From UHGV virus genome UHGV-0046264: 38,853 nucleotides of DNA; one strand, given 5' to 3'. The number at the start of each line of letters is the position of its first letter. Within the stretch, counting starts at the first letter, position 1. Below, piece after piece: positions 9,848-19,426 of this stretch. The position numbers and the translations under genes were made by a program. This DNA comes from a virus. The notes under the pieces are model-generated. The model was not told where the DNA came from. It saw only the letters and a list, made by a program, of their open reading frames with translations, and did no database searches.

Positions 9848-10594
9848 ATGAAAAATATTGCGACAGGCGATGTTCTTGAACGTATCCGCAGACTGGCCCC
9901 GTCACATGTAACCGCGCCATTCAAGACGGTAGCGGAGTGGCGCGAGTGGCAACTTTCCGAAGGCCAGAAACGTTGTGAGGAGATCAACCGTCAGAATCGT
10001 CAGTTGCGGGTGGAAAAAATTCTGAATCGCTCTGGCATCCAGCCATTGCACCGCAAATGCTCGTTTTCGAATTACCAGGTGCAGAACGAAGGGCAGCGAT
10101 ACGCGTTGAGTCAGGCGAAATCCATCGCTGATGAACTGATGACCGGGTGTACAAATTTTGCGTTCAGCGGAAAACCTGGTACCGGGAAGAACCACTTAGC
10201 GGCAGCTATCGGGAATCGCCTGCTGAAAGACGGTCAGACAGTGATTGTGGTTACCGTGGCTGATGTTATGAGTGCCCTGCACGCCAGCTATGACGATGGG
10301 CAGTCAGGCGAAAAATTTTTGCGGGAACTGTGCGAAGTGGATCTGCTGGTTCTTGATGAAATTGGCATTCAGCGCGAGACGAAAAACGAGCAGGTGGTAC
10401 TGCACCAGATTGTTGATCGCCGGACAGCGTCGATGCGCAGCGTGGGGATGCTGACAAACCTGAACTATGAGGCCATGAAAACATTGCTCGGCGAGCGGAT
10501 TATGGATCGCATGACCATGAACGGCGGGCGATGGGTGAATTTTAACTGGGAGAGCTGGCGTCCGAATGTCGTCCAGCCAGGAATTGCGAAGTAA
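9848..10594 (+). CDS. ydaV: DnaC/IstB-like helicase loader ATPase (YdaV), 248 aa
   Basis: Walker [16 protein letters not shown] and Walker [10 protein letters not shown] motifs; length and position as Rac YdaV. Confidence 0.85.
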
Positions 10595-10616
10595 TTTTTA
10601 CCGGGAGAAAAATTTA

Positions 10617-11378
10617 ATGGAGACTGTTTTTGACGCACTGAAAGCAATGGGAAAAGCCACATCCATAGAACTTGCTGCGCGACTTGATATCAGTCGTGAA
10701 GAAGTGCTGAACGAACTATGGGAACTGAAAAAGGCTGGTTTTGTTGATAAAAGCGCGTACACCTGGCGTGTGGCTGATAACAACGTTCAGCAGGAACAGC
10801 CAGCGCAGGCAGAACTGCCGGAAGAAATCACCACAGCAACAGTAGCGAAAATCTCAGAGTGCGATTTAACCGCGACGATTGAACAACGAGGACCACAAAC
10901 GGCTGATGAGCTGGCTACATTGTTTGGTACCACATCACGCAAAGTGGCTTCAACGCTGGCAATGGCAATCAGCAAAGGTCGTCTGATTCGCGTAAATCAG
11001 GGCGGTAAATTTCGTTACTGCATACCGGGCGATAATTTACCAGCAGAGCCGAAAGCAGCATCGGTAGCGGAAACTGATGGTAAGGCCTTTCCTCAGACCG
11101 CAGGTGTTGCGTTACCAGTACAGGAGGCTGCAACACAGGAAGATATTAAAACAGAAACTGTGGCGGACATTGTGCAGTCGCTGCCATCGTTTACTGAAAC
11201 GCGAGCGGATGACCTGGTTTTACCATCACTGCATATGGCAAACCGCGAACTGCGTCGGGCGAAAAATCATGTCCAGAAGTGGGAGCGTGTCTGCGCCGCG
11301 CTGCGTGAGTTGAACAAGCACAGGGATATTGTACGACAGATTACTGATTCTTCCCGCCATGTTGCATCGGAAAAGTGA
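10617..11378 (+). CDS. ydaW: YdaW-like protein (DUF1627 family, apparently intact), 253 aa
   Basis: ORF with GGGAGA ribosome binding site before METVFDALK; N-terminal winged-helix-like region; position after ydaV. K-12 carries a truncated version. Confidence 0.5.
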
Positions 11379-11393
11379 TTGCCGGAGGCACCT

Positions 11394-11816
11394 ATGGCAA
11401 AAGTATTTACACCAGAAGAGCGAGAAAAAATTAAAGGACAGGTTGTTGAACTTGTACCTCTGAGCGGTCGCGAGACGTTACGGCAACTGGAAGCCAAGAC
11501 AGGTGAGACAAGATATCTGATGAGTGTTCTCGCCAGTGAGCTGGTTGCCAGTGGCGATGTATACAACTCTGGTTACGGGTTATTCCCGTCTGAACAGGCG
11601 CGTAAAGACTGGCAAAACGCCCGCAAAAAACTATCGAGGGCAAAGGTGAAGAAACCTGCTGTAGTTGATCCGGACCTTATCTGGTCATTACCAGACGGAG
11701 AAATACGCCGCTATGACAGGCGTCTGAATATAATCTGTCGCGAGTGCCGGAAGAGCGAAGTCATGCAGCGTGTACTGGCGTTCTATCAGGGTAATTTTCA
11801 GGATGTGCTGTTGTGA
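11394..11816 (+). CDS. Hypothetical phage protein, 140 aa
   Basis: ORF with GGAGG ribosome binding site before MAKVFTPEER; no family recognised. Confidence 0.5.
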   Translation: MAKVFTPEEREKIKGQVVELVPLSGRETLRQLEAKTGETRYLMSVLASELVASGDVYNSGYGLFPSEQARKDWQNARKKLSRAKVKKPAVVDPDLIWSLPDGEIRRYDRRLNIICRECRKSEVMQRVLAFYQGNFQDVLL

Positions 11817-11978
11817 GCCAAATTAACAATCAGGGAACTGCGTGAACTGAAAGAGAAATCATAATCCAAATCTGAATAATTAAATTTAGCACTGTAAATA
11901 AAATTTAATCCTTAACCGGAGGGGGGGGGCTGCACCCTCAAAATATTAGGAGGCGGCCCGAAAGGGCGGTAATGAAAA

Positions 11979-12482
11979 ATGACTGAATTAACCAAAAAGC
12001 AATTAATCGAAGAAGCTAAATTAAAAATAGCGATTGAGAAATGCCACCCCAATTCAGGGATGGCACGGGTAGAGGGCGAATTATTCAAAATTGCTCTGGC
12101 ATCGCTGGAAGCAGAGCCAGTTGGTGATTTTTATGAATACAAACCGGATGACTGGTATCAGCGTTCGGCTGGAGATAAAGCGCCAAAATGGACGCCACCC
12201 TATGCCGTTTTTCCAGCGCCCGTAGTGCCGGAAGAAATGGATTTGCTTACATGCCATCTCGATGGTGTAACTGAAACATATGCTGAGGGATGGAACGCTT
12301 GCCGCGCTGCCCTGCTTCAGGGCAAAGGGGAGCCCGGGAAACAAGTTCGCGAATTGACAATGCTGGTTAAACAATTGGTTAGTCAACTGAAGAAACCGAA
12401 ACCGGGCTGCAAATTGCCGGATAAAGTGATGGACTACCTGGAGCGAAGCGGACTTATAAGCGTGGAGGATGTTTTACGATGA
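11979..12482 (+). CDS. Hypothetical protein, 167 aa
   Basis: ORF preceded by a G9 homopolymer and a GNRA hairpin between the AGGAGG and the ATG; no family recognised. Confidence 0.5.
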   Translation: MTELTKKQLIEEAKLKIAIEKCHPNSGMARVEGELFKIALASLEAEPVGDFYEYKPDDWYQRSAGDKAPKWTPPYAVFPAPVVPEEMDLLTCHLDGVTETYAEGWNACRAALLQGKGEPGKQVRELTMLVKQLVSQLKKPKPGCKLPDKVMDYLERSGLISVEDVLR

Positions 12483-12562
12483 CCTGGCCTGAAGCATTCA
12501 CAACGGTAGGAATTGCGATGGCGGTGGCGCTGGTGGTGTATTCGATTTGCCGCTGGGGTTGA
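12479..12562 (+). CDS. Small hydrophobic peptide, 27 aa (MTWPEAFTTVGIAMAVALVVYSICRWG), translationally coupled to the upstream ORF
   Basis: ATGA stop/start overlap with the 167-aa ORF; one predicted transmembrane helix; stop lies 5 bp from the IS5 insertion target site. Confidence 0.4.
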   Translation: MTWPEAFTTVGIAMAVALVVYSICRWG

Positions 12563-12567
12563 TAATA

Positions 12568-12571
12568 CTAA
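12568..12571. repeat. IS5 target site duplication CTAA (left copy)
   Basis: CTAA immediately flanks both IS5 terminal inverted repeats. Confidence 0.8.
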
Positions 12572-13766
<1,195 letters not shown>

Positions 13767-13770
13767 CTAA
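13767..13770. repeat. IS5 target site duplication CTAA (right copy)
   Basis: Direct repeat of 12568-12571. Confidence 0.8.
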
Positions 13771-13774
13771 ATAA

Positions 13775-13793
13775 CCAGCCCTTATGGGGCTGG
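13775..13793. terminator. Stem-loop CCAGCCC-TTATG-GGGCTGG between convergent genes (putative bidirectional terminator)
   Basis: 7-bp GC-rich stem just downstream of the KilA-N gene stop and, before the IS5 insertion, downstream of the 27-aa ORF. Confidence 0.5.
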
Positions 13794-13801
13794 CTAATCA
13801 T

Positions 13802-14575
13802 TTAGAACTGTTCATTGCCATCGAGGTTAGGTAGCATAATTTTTTCAATCAAGGCGAGAGCCTTTTTGTCCCGGTCAGCGAAGTATTTCGGGGCATATTG
13901 CGGCAACCAAATATTGTTAAAATGTTCTTTGAAATCTGCTAAATATTCATTTGGGTACAGCCTTGCAGGGTATACGCGACCATCGGGATATTCATGGTCA
14001 TAGGTAGGGAATGTTTTGGGTTCTACGTTTCTATTATCTCTTAACCATTGTGAAAATACTCTTCCTTGTGAAATGTCAGGAACCATTTTTTCTGGGAGTG
14101 TGTACCCTGCTTGTTCAAGAGGTGCAACCAAGTTGAATGTCAGTTCATTAAGAATAGAAAAGTGCGTGTGAGGAATTCTACTACGATTAACCATGTACCG
14201 TTTTAAATGTACAGGCATTTCTGCTGTAGTTCTTTCCCCTGACATCCATTCACGAACCCATCTTGAAACCTGGACTGCAAATTTGGGCGATAGCCACTGC
14301 GCTAGATTAATAGCGATGTCAGGATGCACCCATGTCCCTTGGTTTTCAGGTCTTCCACCTTTAAATGATTGAATTAACTCCGATATGGGAATTCCCATAT
14401 CGCGTGATAATTCGTCAAAAAACTCTTGAGTAGTTTTGAGTCTAGTGTAATCAGAGAGCAGTTTGCCCGCAGTTCTACACATTGATGTGGCGTTTATGTA
14501 ACCATCTTTGGCACGTAAATGTATTATTTCGCCGTCAATTTCACGAGAAATCAAAGATAATTGAAAGGATGTCAT
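13802..14575 (-). CDS. KilA-N domain protein with uncharacterised C-terminal domain, 257 aa
   Basis: N-terminal ~110 aa fit the KilA-N pattern (YINATSMCRTAGK...GTWVHPDIAINLAQWLSPKFAVQVSRWV); C-terminal ~150 aa not recognised. Confidence 0.75.
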   Translation of the reverse strand: MTSFQLSLISREIDGEIIHLRAKDGYINATSMCRTAGKLLSDYTRLKTTQEFFDELSRDMGIPISELIQSFKGGRPENQGTWVHPDIAINLAQWLSPKFAVQVSRWVREWMSGERTTAEMPVHLKRYMVNRSRIPHTHFSILNELTFNLVAPLEQAGYTLPEKMVPDISQGRVFSQWLRDNRNVEPKTFPTYDHEYPDGRVYPARLYPNEYLADFKEHFNNIWLPQYAPKYFADRDKKALALIEKIMLPNLDGNEQF

Positions 14576-15097
14576 TGAAAATTCCTCAAGTTGGAGAGTT
14601 CTGGAACATTAAGGCGAGGTGGCAGTAATGCACCATCTGTAATCTTTTGATACTGACGTAATCGGACCTGATGTGCAACGCCTTGCAAGTATGTAACTCA
14701 TTGAAAACGATCATTTTTATCTATTGACATCAAATGGCAAACTGTCATTGTGCGGCTATGGCAAGTGGCAAATGCTTATAAATCATATGGATATAAATAG
14801 TACAGAAAGAGTTGTTTTCTCTAGGATATGAGTATACGCCCAATGCTGATTGGTTGAATTTTGTTCTTGTTTTAAAGGGTAAGAGTTTAAAGTGTTGGCA
14901 GTGATGTATTGGATAGTTAGAATTGCTGTGGGTGCTTGAGGCTATCTGCCTCGGGCATGAACACCAAAGGCAGATAGAGAAAAGCCCCAGTTAACATTAC
15001 GCGTCCTGCAAGACGCTTAACATTAATCTGAGGCCATATCTATGCGACACATAGAGATTAGCCTCTTACGGACCGAAAGGTCAAGGAGAAGCAGGCT

Positions 15098-15223
15098 ATG
15101 AAGCAGCAAAAGGCGATGTTAATCGCCCTGATCGTCATCTGTTTAACCGTCATAGTGACGGCACTGGTAACGAGGAAAGACCTCTGCGAGGTACGAATCC
15201 GAACTGGCAGACGGAGGCTCTGA
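15098..15223 (+). CDS. Hok/Gef-family type I toxin homologue, 41 aa as encoded (C-terminus shorter and divergent)
   Basis: MKQQKAMLIALIVICLTVIVTALVTRKDLCEVRIRTG matches the Hok/Gef/RelF transmembrane core, then RRRL-stop; AAGGAG ribosome binding site 9 nt upstream; structured leader with a 10-bp stem at 14933-14968. Confidence 0.7.
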   Translation: MKQQKAMLIALIVICLTVIVTALVTRKDLCEVRIRTGRRRL

Positions 15224-15305
15224 TTCGTAGACTACTAATCTGAGTAAAAGACCCAGCGGGGAAAGAACCACGCCGGGACTAGTTAATAAGATATTTATAG
15301 CGTGG

Positions 15306-15647
15306 CTATTCTTTTTTTGCGGTATAGACTTTTTCGCCTGAGAAGTCTGGAGCTACCCAAAAGTTAATATTAAACTGAGCATCATCGCTTAGTTCAACAC
15401 GGTGCCAGTATTGTGGTGGGCTTGTTGCAAAAGCGCCAGCATTAATGACTACTTTTATCTCCGGTTCAGTAGCATTCTCATCAGCAAAACCATAATATGT
15501 TACAGTACCTTCCATCACGCATAACTGTCCAAAAACACCTGCTGCTGTATTATGATGTGTTAATAACGCTGAAGGTACGTTCTCTTTTGTGAAGAACGGA
15601 GTTGAGCGTTTGATTACCCAGTCTTTAGGAATTCTCTTGTGTGTCAT
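15306..15647 (-). CDS. YeaR-like DUF1971 protein (TehB N-terminal domain-like), 113 aa
   Basis: Pattern RSTPFF...YYGFADE..EP...FATSPPQYWHRVE...FNINFWVAP resembles YeaR/DUF1971 as I recall it; GGAGGTGGTT ribosome binding site before the internal ATG. Confidence 0.55.
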   Translation of the reverse strand: MTHKRIPKDWVIKRSTPFFTKENVPSALLTHHNTAAGVFGQLCVMEGTVTYYGFADENATEPEIKVVINAGAFATSPPQYWHRVELSDDAQFNINFWVAPDFSGEKVYTAKKE

Positions 15648-16514
15648 AACCACCTCCCATAAAACATGCATTATAAATGCACCTTTTTGAGGGTTATGTC
15701 AAGCTGTTATGAAACACATAATTGATATGTTGATTAGAGGAGAAGATAGAATCAATATGGTTGTTTTTCGTATAACTATTTGTTTTACTTTTAGTTTGTG
15801 CATTCTGTGTGTTAGGAATAACTTATTAAAGTTTAACTAAAAAATCTCGATATAGTCCGCATAGATTACTGTTACTGAATCTTATTGTGTGCATTAGTTG
15901 TGTTCTGAAATTTCAATTTAATTACTTATGATATATTTTTAACGATAAATGTTTTCCGGGTGAAAGACAGTGGGGGATGAGATAAGCAATATATCATTAA
16001 TCTTGATTATTTCCAAGATGCCTTTACTGTGCATATAAATAAATCATATACGCATCAAATAATGTAAAGGCATCCTTTTAGATATATCTTATCAAATGTT
16101 AATGATTTGAGTGGGAAACATGATTCCAGAAACTAATCATGCGGCTACTTTATAAAAATAATGCCCATATAAAACAGCCAGCGAAAAGGATTACGGATAA
16201 AAAAGGAGCGAGATGTGCATAGTTGTTATTTTCCATGTTTAACCACCTTAAATAATTGATGATGACGGGATGTGCATCTGTAATGCTTTTGTTGAAATGT
16301 TATGATAAAAAAGAACTTTTTCATAACATTAAAATGTAATTTATCTAATCGTTTTTAATAATAAGTGTTGTATTTCTATCCTTGTATCAGCTATTTGATA
16401 TGTAGTGTTTGTTCATGTTATGTGGAGCTTTACACCATAGCCAGTTTATTTATACTTTATTCGTCAGCCTGAACAACTGGCATCTGCTGCACTGCGCCAT
16501 CGAGAGATTGAGAA

Positions 16515-17114
16515 ATGGCGCATATACAACTGGTCAAACAAACCTCTTCTGGACTACTTCTCCCGGCGACGCCGGAGAGTTGCGATTTTTTGCATCAAAT
16601 CAAAATAGGCGAGTGGATACACGCAGACTTTAAGCGTGTGCGTAACTACGCATTCCACAAGCGTTTTTTCAAACTCCTGCAACTGGGATTCGATTACTGG
16701 ACTCCGGTCGGTGGGGCGATCACGCCTCGCGAACGAAAGCTGGTTTCAGGATTCGTTGATTACCTATGTGAATCAGTAGGCCGGGAACATACGCCAGCTC
16801 TGAGCGAAGCCGCAGAGCAATATCTGAATACAGTTGCGACACGCAGAACCCGGGATACGGCATTGCTAAAGTCGTTTGAGGCTTTCCGCGAGTGGGTAAC
16901 CATTCAGGCCGGATTTTACACCGAGCATCTTTATCCTGATGGTAGCCATGGGCGTCGGGCGAAATCCATCGCTTTTGCGAATATGGACGAAACCGAGTTT
17001 CAGCAGGTTTATAAATCTGTTCTGAATGTGCTGTGGAACTGGATTCTGTTCCGTAAATTTTCCTCTCCGGAACAAGTCGAAAATGTGACCGCGCAGCTGC
17101 TGGAGTTTGCGTAA
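16515..17114 (+). CDS. DUF1367-family lambdoid protein (YbcN-like), 199 aa
   Basis: Position and size typical of the nin-region gene preceding DUF1364 and Q in lambdoid prophages; assigned by recollection of the family. Confidence 0.55.
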   Translation: MAHIQLVKQTSSGLLLPATPESCDFLHQIKIGEWIHADFKRVRNYAFHKRFFKLLQLGFDYWTPVGGAITPRERKLVSGFVDYLCESVGREHTPALSEAAEQYLNTVATRRTRDTALLKSFEAFREWVTIQAGFYTEHLYPDGSHGRRAKSIAFANMDETEFQQVYKSVLNVLWNWILFRKFSSPEQVENVTAQLLEFA

Positions 17115-17404
17115 TGGTGGATTTACGTAAAGCGGCGCGGGGGCAGATGTGCACCGTCAGAATTCCTGGCTACTGCAATCACGATCCGGAAACGTCTGTG
17201 CTGGCGCATTACCGACTGGCGGGAACGTGCGGAACAGCGACAAAACCACACGATATGCAGGCGGCGATTGCCTGTAGCTCATGCCACGATCTAATCGACG
17301 GGCGGGTAAAAACCAGCGATTACACCAAAGAAGAATTACGCCTGATGCATGCAGAAGGTGTTTTTCGCACACAAGAAATCTGGAGAAAGGAGGGATATTT
17401 GTGA
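17114..17404 (+). CDS. DUF1364-family Cys-rich protein (YbcO-like putative nuclease), 96 aa
   Basis: MVDLRKAARGQMCTVRIPGYCNHDPETSVLAH...ACSSCHD resembles DLP12 YbcO; TAATG overlap with the upstream gene. Confidence 0.65.
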   Translation: MVDLRKAARGQMCTVRIPGYCNHDPETSVLAHYRLAGTCGTATKPHDMQAAIACSSCHDLIDGRVKTSDYTKEELRLMHAEGVFRTQEIWRKEGYL

Positions 17405-17943
17405 TTTACCCAACGAATACAGGAAAAAGCGGAGAACACCTTCGTCTCGCCACGCTGGAAAGTGTCTGGATTCAGGGCAAACTGCGTATGTGGGGGCGCT
17501 GGTCGTATATTGGCGGTGGCAGGTCAGGAAATATGTTCAATCAGTTGTTGGCATCCAAAAAATTGACGAAAACAGCCATCAATGAAGCCCTGCGCAGAAT
17601 GAAAAAAGCGGGAATAGAGAAAGCTGAGCTGGAAGCGTTTTTGCGAGAGATGATCAACGGCAAGCAAAAGAGCTGGCTGGCGCATTGTACTGATGCAGAG
17701 GCGTTATGTATTGATCGAGTCATAAGTGAGGTGCTGGCAGAGCATCCTGGATTGATTAGTGTCCTCCGGCAACGGTATGAAGGACGGGGGATGACTAAGC
17801 GCAAAATGGCTGAATTGCTAAATGATGCACATCCTGAGTGGTGTTTTAGCACATGCGAAAAGCGAATTGCTAATTGGTTGGCTGTTGCTGAGTATGCCCT
17901 ATATATTCCCATGCGAGAATCATTTGCTCAAAAAATAGCTTGA
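17401..17943 (+). CDS. Putative late-gene antiterminator Q-like protein, 180 aa, GTG start
   Basis: AAGGAGG 7 nt before the GTG; GTGA overlap with the DUF1364 stop; lies directly upstream of a short leader ending in an intrinsic terminator and then the lysis cassette. Assigned by position, not by sequence recognition. Confidence 0.5.
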   Translation: MIYPTNTGKSGEHLRLATLESVWIQGKLRMWGRWSYIGGGRSGNMFNQLLASKKLTKTAINEALRRMKKAGIEKAELEAFLREMINGKQKSWLAHCTDAEALCIDRVISEVLAEHPGLISVLRQRYEGRGMTKRKMAELLNDAHPEWCFSTCEKRIANWLAVAEYALYIPMRESFAQKIA

Positions 17944-18026
17944 TTTTTTACGCATAAACTGCTTCAATTCCGGTATGCTTCGCAAAGCTGTATCGCGAGG
18001 CGAACCAAGCGCATGAACTTTACCAG
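17944..18026 (+). promoter_or_regulatory. Predicted late promoter and qut-like region (PR' analogue)
   Basis: Located between the Q-like gene and a tR'-like terminator; no confident -35/-10 hexamers assigned. Confidence 0.3.
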
Positions 18027-18050
18027 AACCCGCCATTGAGCGGGTTTTGT
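18027..18050 (+). terminator. Intrinsic terminator (tR'-like): AACCCGC-CATTGA-GCGGGTT followed by TTTTGTTGTTT
   Basis: 7-bp GC-rich stem plus T-tract about 85 bp downstream of the Q-like stop. Confidence 0.7.
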
Positions 18051-18164
18051 TGTTTCTGGTACTGGTGAACCTGATGTTTCATTTCTGGAGCGCGATTCCT
18101 GGCGGAATACCTAGAATCGAGACATTCTGGTAAAATTGTTTTCAGTACAGGATGTGGAGGTGAG

Positions 18165-18734
18165 ATGAGAGAACTACCTAAAGATTATTTTTTAGGAGTA
18201 GATGATGAGCTCGTCGATTATCTTGAAAAACAAGGGGAAGAGACGATACGAGAGATTCATCTTTCTAACAAAACCAATGTTGAGAATGGATACAAACTTC
18301 TGAACATTCAGATTGTTGGAATTGGTTCATCTTTTTTATTGCTGACACAGAAAACTAATTTCGATTTTCTCACCGCCGGAATTACCACATTTACATTACT
18401 ATGGACATGGTGCGCCATTTACTTGGTATGTACTGGTTTATCTGTGAAGGTTAGGGGCCTGATCAATGCCCCTCCTGATCATATATATCATGAAAAATAT
18501 AAGGATATGGAGCCCTCGAGCTTTAAAATATTCGCTGATGCAGGATATTTAGGACCTGATAAGTTATTGCCGCTTATACGAAGGTATCGCCTTGTTGACT
18601 TGAGTGATACAGCAAGAGAGTTACTGTTGGAAAATGAGAAAATCCGCACGAGTCTCGATAAAGCAAGGATGTATACCATCCTTGCTCCGGTAGCGGCGAT
18701 GTTTATCTCGGCTGTTTTTTTATATGTTCAATGA
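18165..18734 (+). CDS. Hypothetical multi-pass membrane protein in an AT-rich moron between Q/tR' and the lysis genes, 189 aa
   Basis: GGAGGTGAG ribosome binding site; soluble N-terminus (~55 aa), two central hydrophobic helices and a C-terminal hydrophobic helix; AT-rich composition unlike flanking phage genes. Confidence 0.6.
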   Translation: MRELPKDYFLGVDDELVDYLEKQGEETIREIHLSNKTNVENGYKLLNIQIVGIGSSFLLLTQKTNFDFLTAGITTFTLLWTWCAIYLVCTGLSVKVRGLINAPPDHIYHEKYKDMEPSSFKIFADAGYLGPDKLLPLIRRYRLVDLSDTARELLLENEKIRTSLDKARMYTILAPVAAMFISAVFLYVQ

Positions 18735-18864
18735 CTGAGTCGGCAGAATCTCCAACAAAAACACGACGTGTAGCAAAGTCTGTAGTACTTTGTGTTGGAG
18801 TTGGTTTTGGTGCCACGGGTTGCTGAGGTTTATTTTCACCTTGTGGTTTGTTTTTTTCAGACAT
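18703..18864 (-). CDS. Hypothetical small Lys/Pro/Gln-rich protein, 53 aa, convergent with and overlapping the 3' end of the 189-aa ORF
   Basis: AAAGAGGA ribosome binding site before the ATG; MSEKNKPQGENKPQQPVAPKPTPTQSTTDFATRRVFVGDSADSVIEHIKKQPR; 32-nt 3' overlap with the opposing gene. Confidence 0.45.
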   Translation of the reverse strand: MSEKNKPQGENKPQQPVAPKPTPTQSTTDFATRRVFVGDSADSVIEHIKKQPR

Positions 18865-19081
18865 AAAAATCCTCTTTGTTTGAATTGTTACTTTTGGCGA
18901 TTTAACGATATCAAACACGAGTATATACCGCCAGAAGCTTAATCTGGCACTCCATCTGGCCCCGGCATGTCCCGGGGCTTTTTCGTTGTTAGGCTCTGGA
19001 AACATCCTCGACTTCTTGTTAGCAAGCCTGAGAGCCTGAATCTTACACTTAGCACCATCCGAACTCTCGGAGGTGAGGCTT

Positions 19082-19423
19082 ATGAAAATGCACAATGCCC
19101 CTCATTCCTGGCCTGACTTACTGGAACTCTTACAAAGTTGGTGGCGTGGAGATACGCCGCTGGGTGCAGTGGTTATGTCAATTATTATGGCTGGTTTGCG
19201 CATTGCCTATTTTGGCGGTGGCGGCGGCTGGAAACGAAAAACGCTTGAGATTCTGCTTTGTGGTGCTCTGACGCTGACCTTTGCATCCGCGCTTGAGTAT
19301 GTCGGATGGCCTAAATCACTTTCTGTTGCCATTGGTGGTGGGGTGGGGCTGATTGGTGTTGATGCTATTCGTGGTGCGGCAATGAGGGTCATCGGTAACA
19401 AGTTCGGTGCCCATAAGGAGTAA
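19082..19423 (+). CDS. Holin, lambda S-like class I (three predicted transmembrane helices), 113 aa, with MKM dual-start motif
   Basis: GGAGGTGAGG ribosome binding site; starts MKMHNAP (Met-Lys-Met as in lambda S107/S105); three hydrophobic segments; directly precedes the endolysin. Confidence 0.75.
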   Translation: MKMHNAPHSWPDLLELLQSWWRGDTPLGAVVMSIIMAGLRIAYFGGGGGWKRKTLEILLCGALTLTFASALEYVGWPKSLSVAIGGGVGLIGVDAIRGAAMRVIGNKFGAHKE

Positions 19424-19426
19424 TTA

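Noticed and set aside
9412-9987. 191-aa minus-strand ORF antisense to ydaU/ydaV
   Set aside because: It is fully antisense to two well-supported replication genes and has a Ser/Arg-rich low-complexity translation typical of spurious antisense ORFs.
16409-16633. 74-aa ORF overlapping the start of the DUF1367 gene
   Set aside because: It is out of frame with and overlaps the better-supported 199-aa ORF; AT-rich upstream sequence yields chance ORFs.
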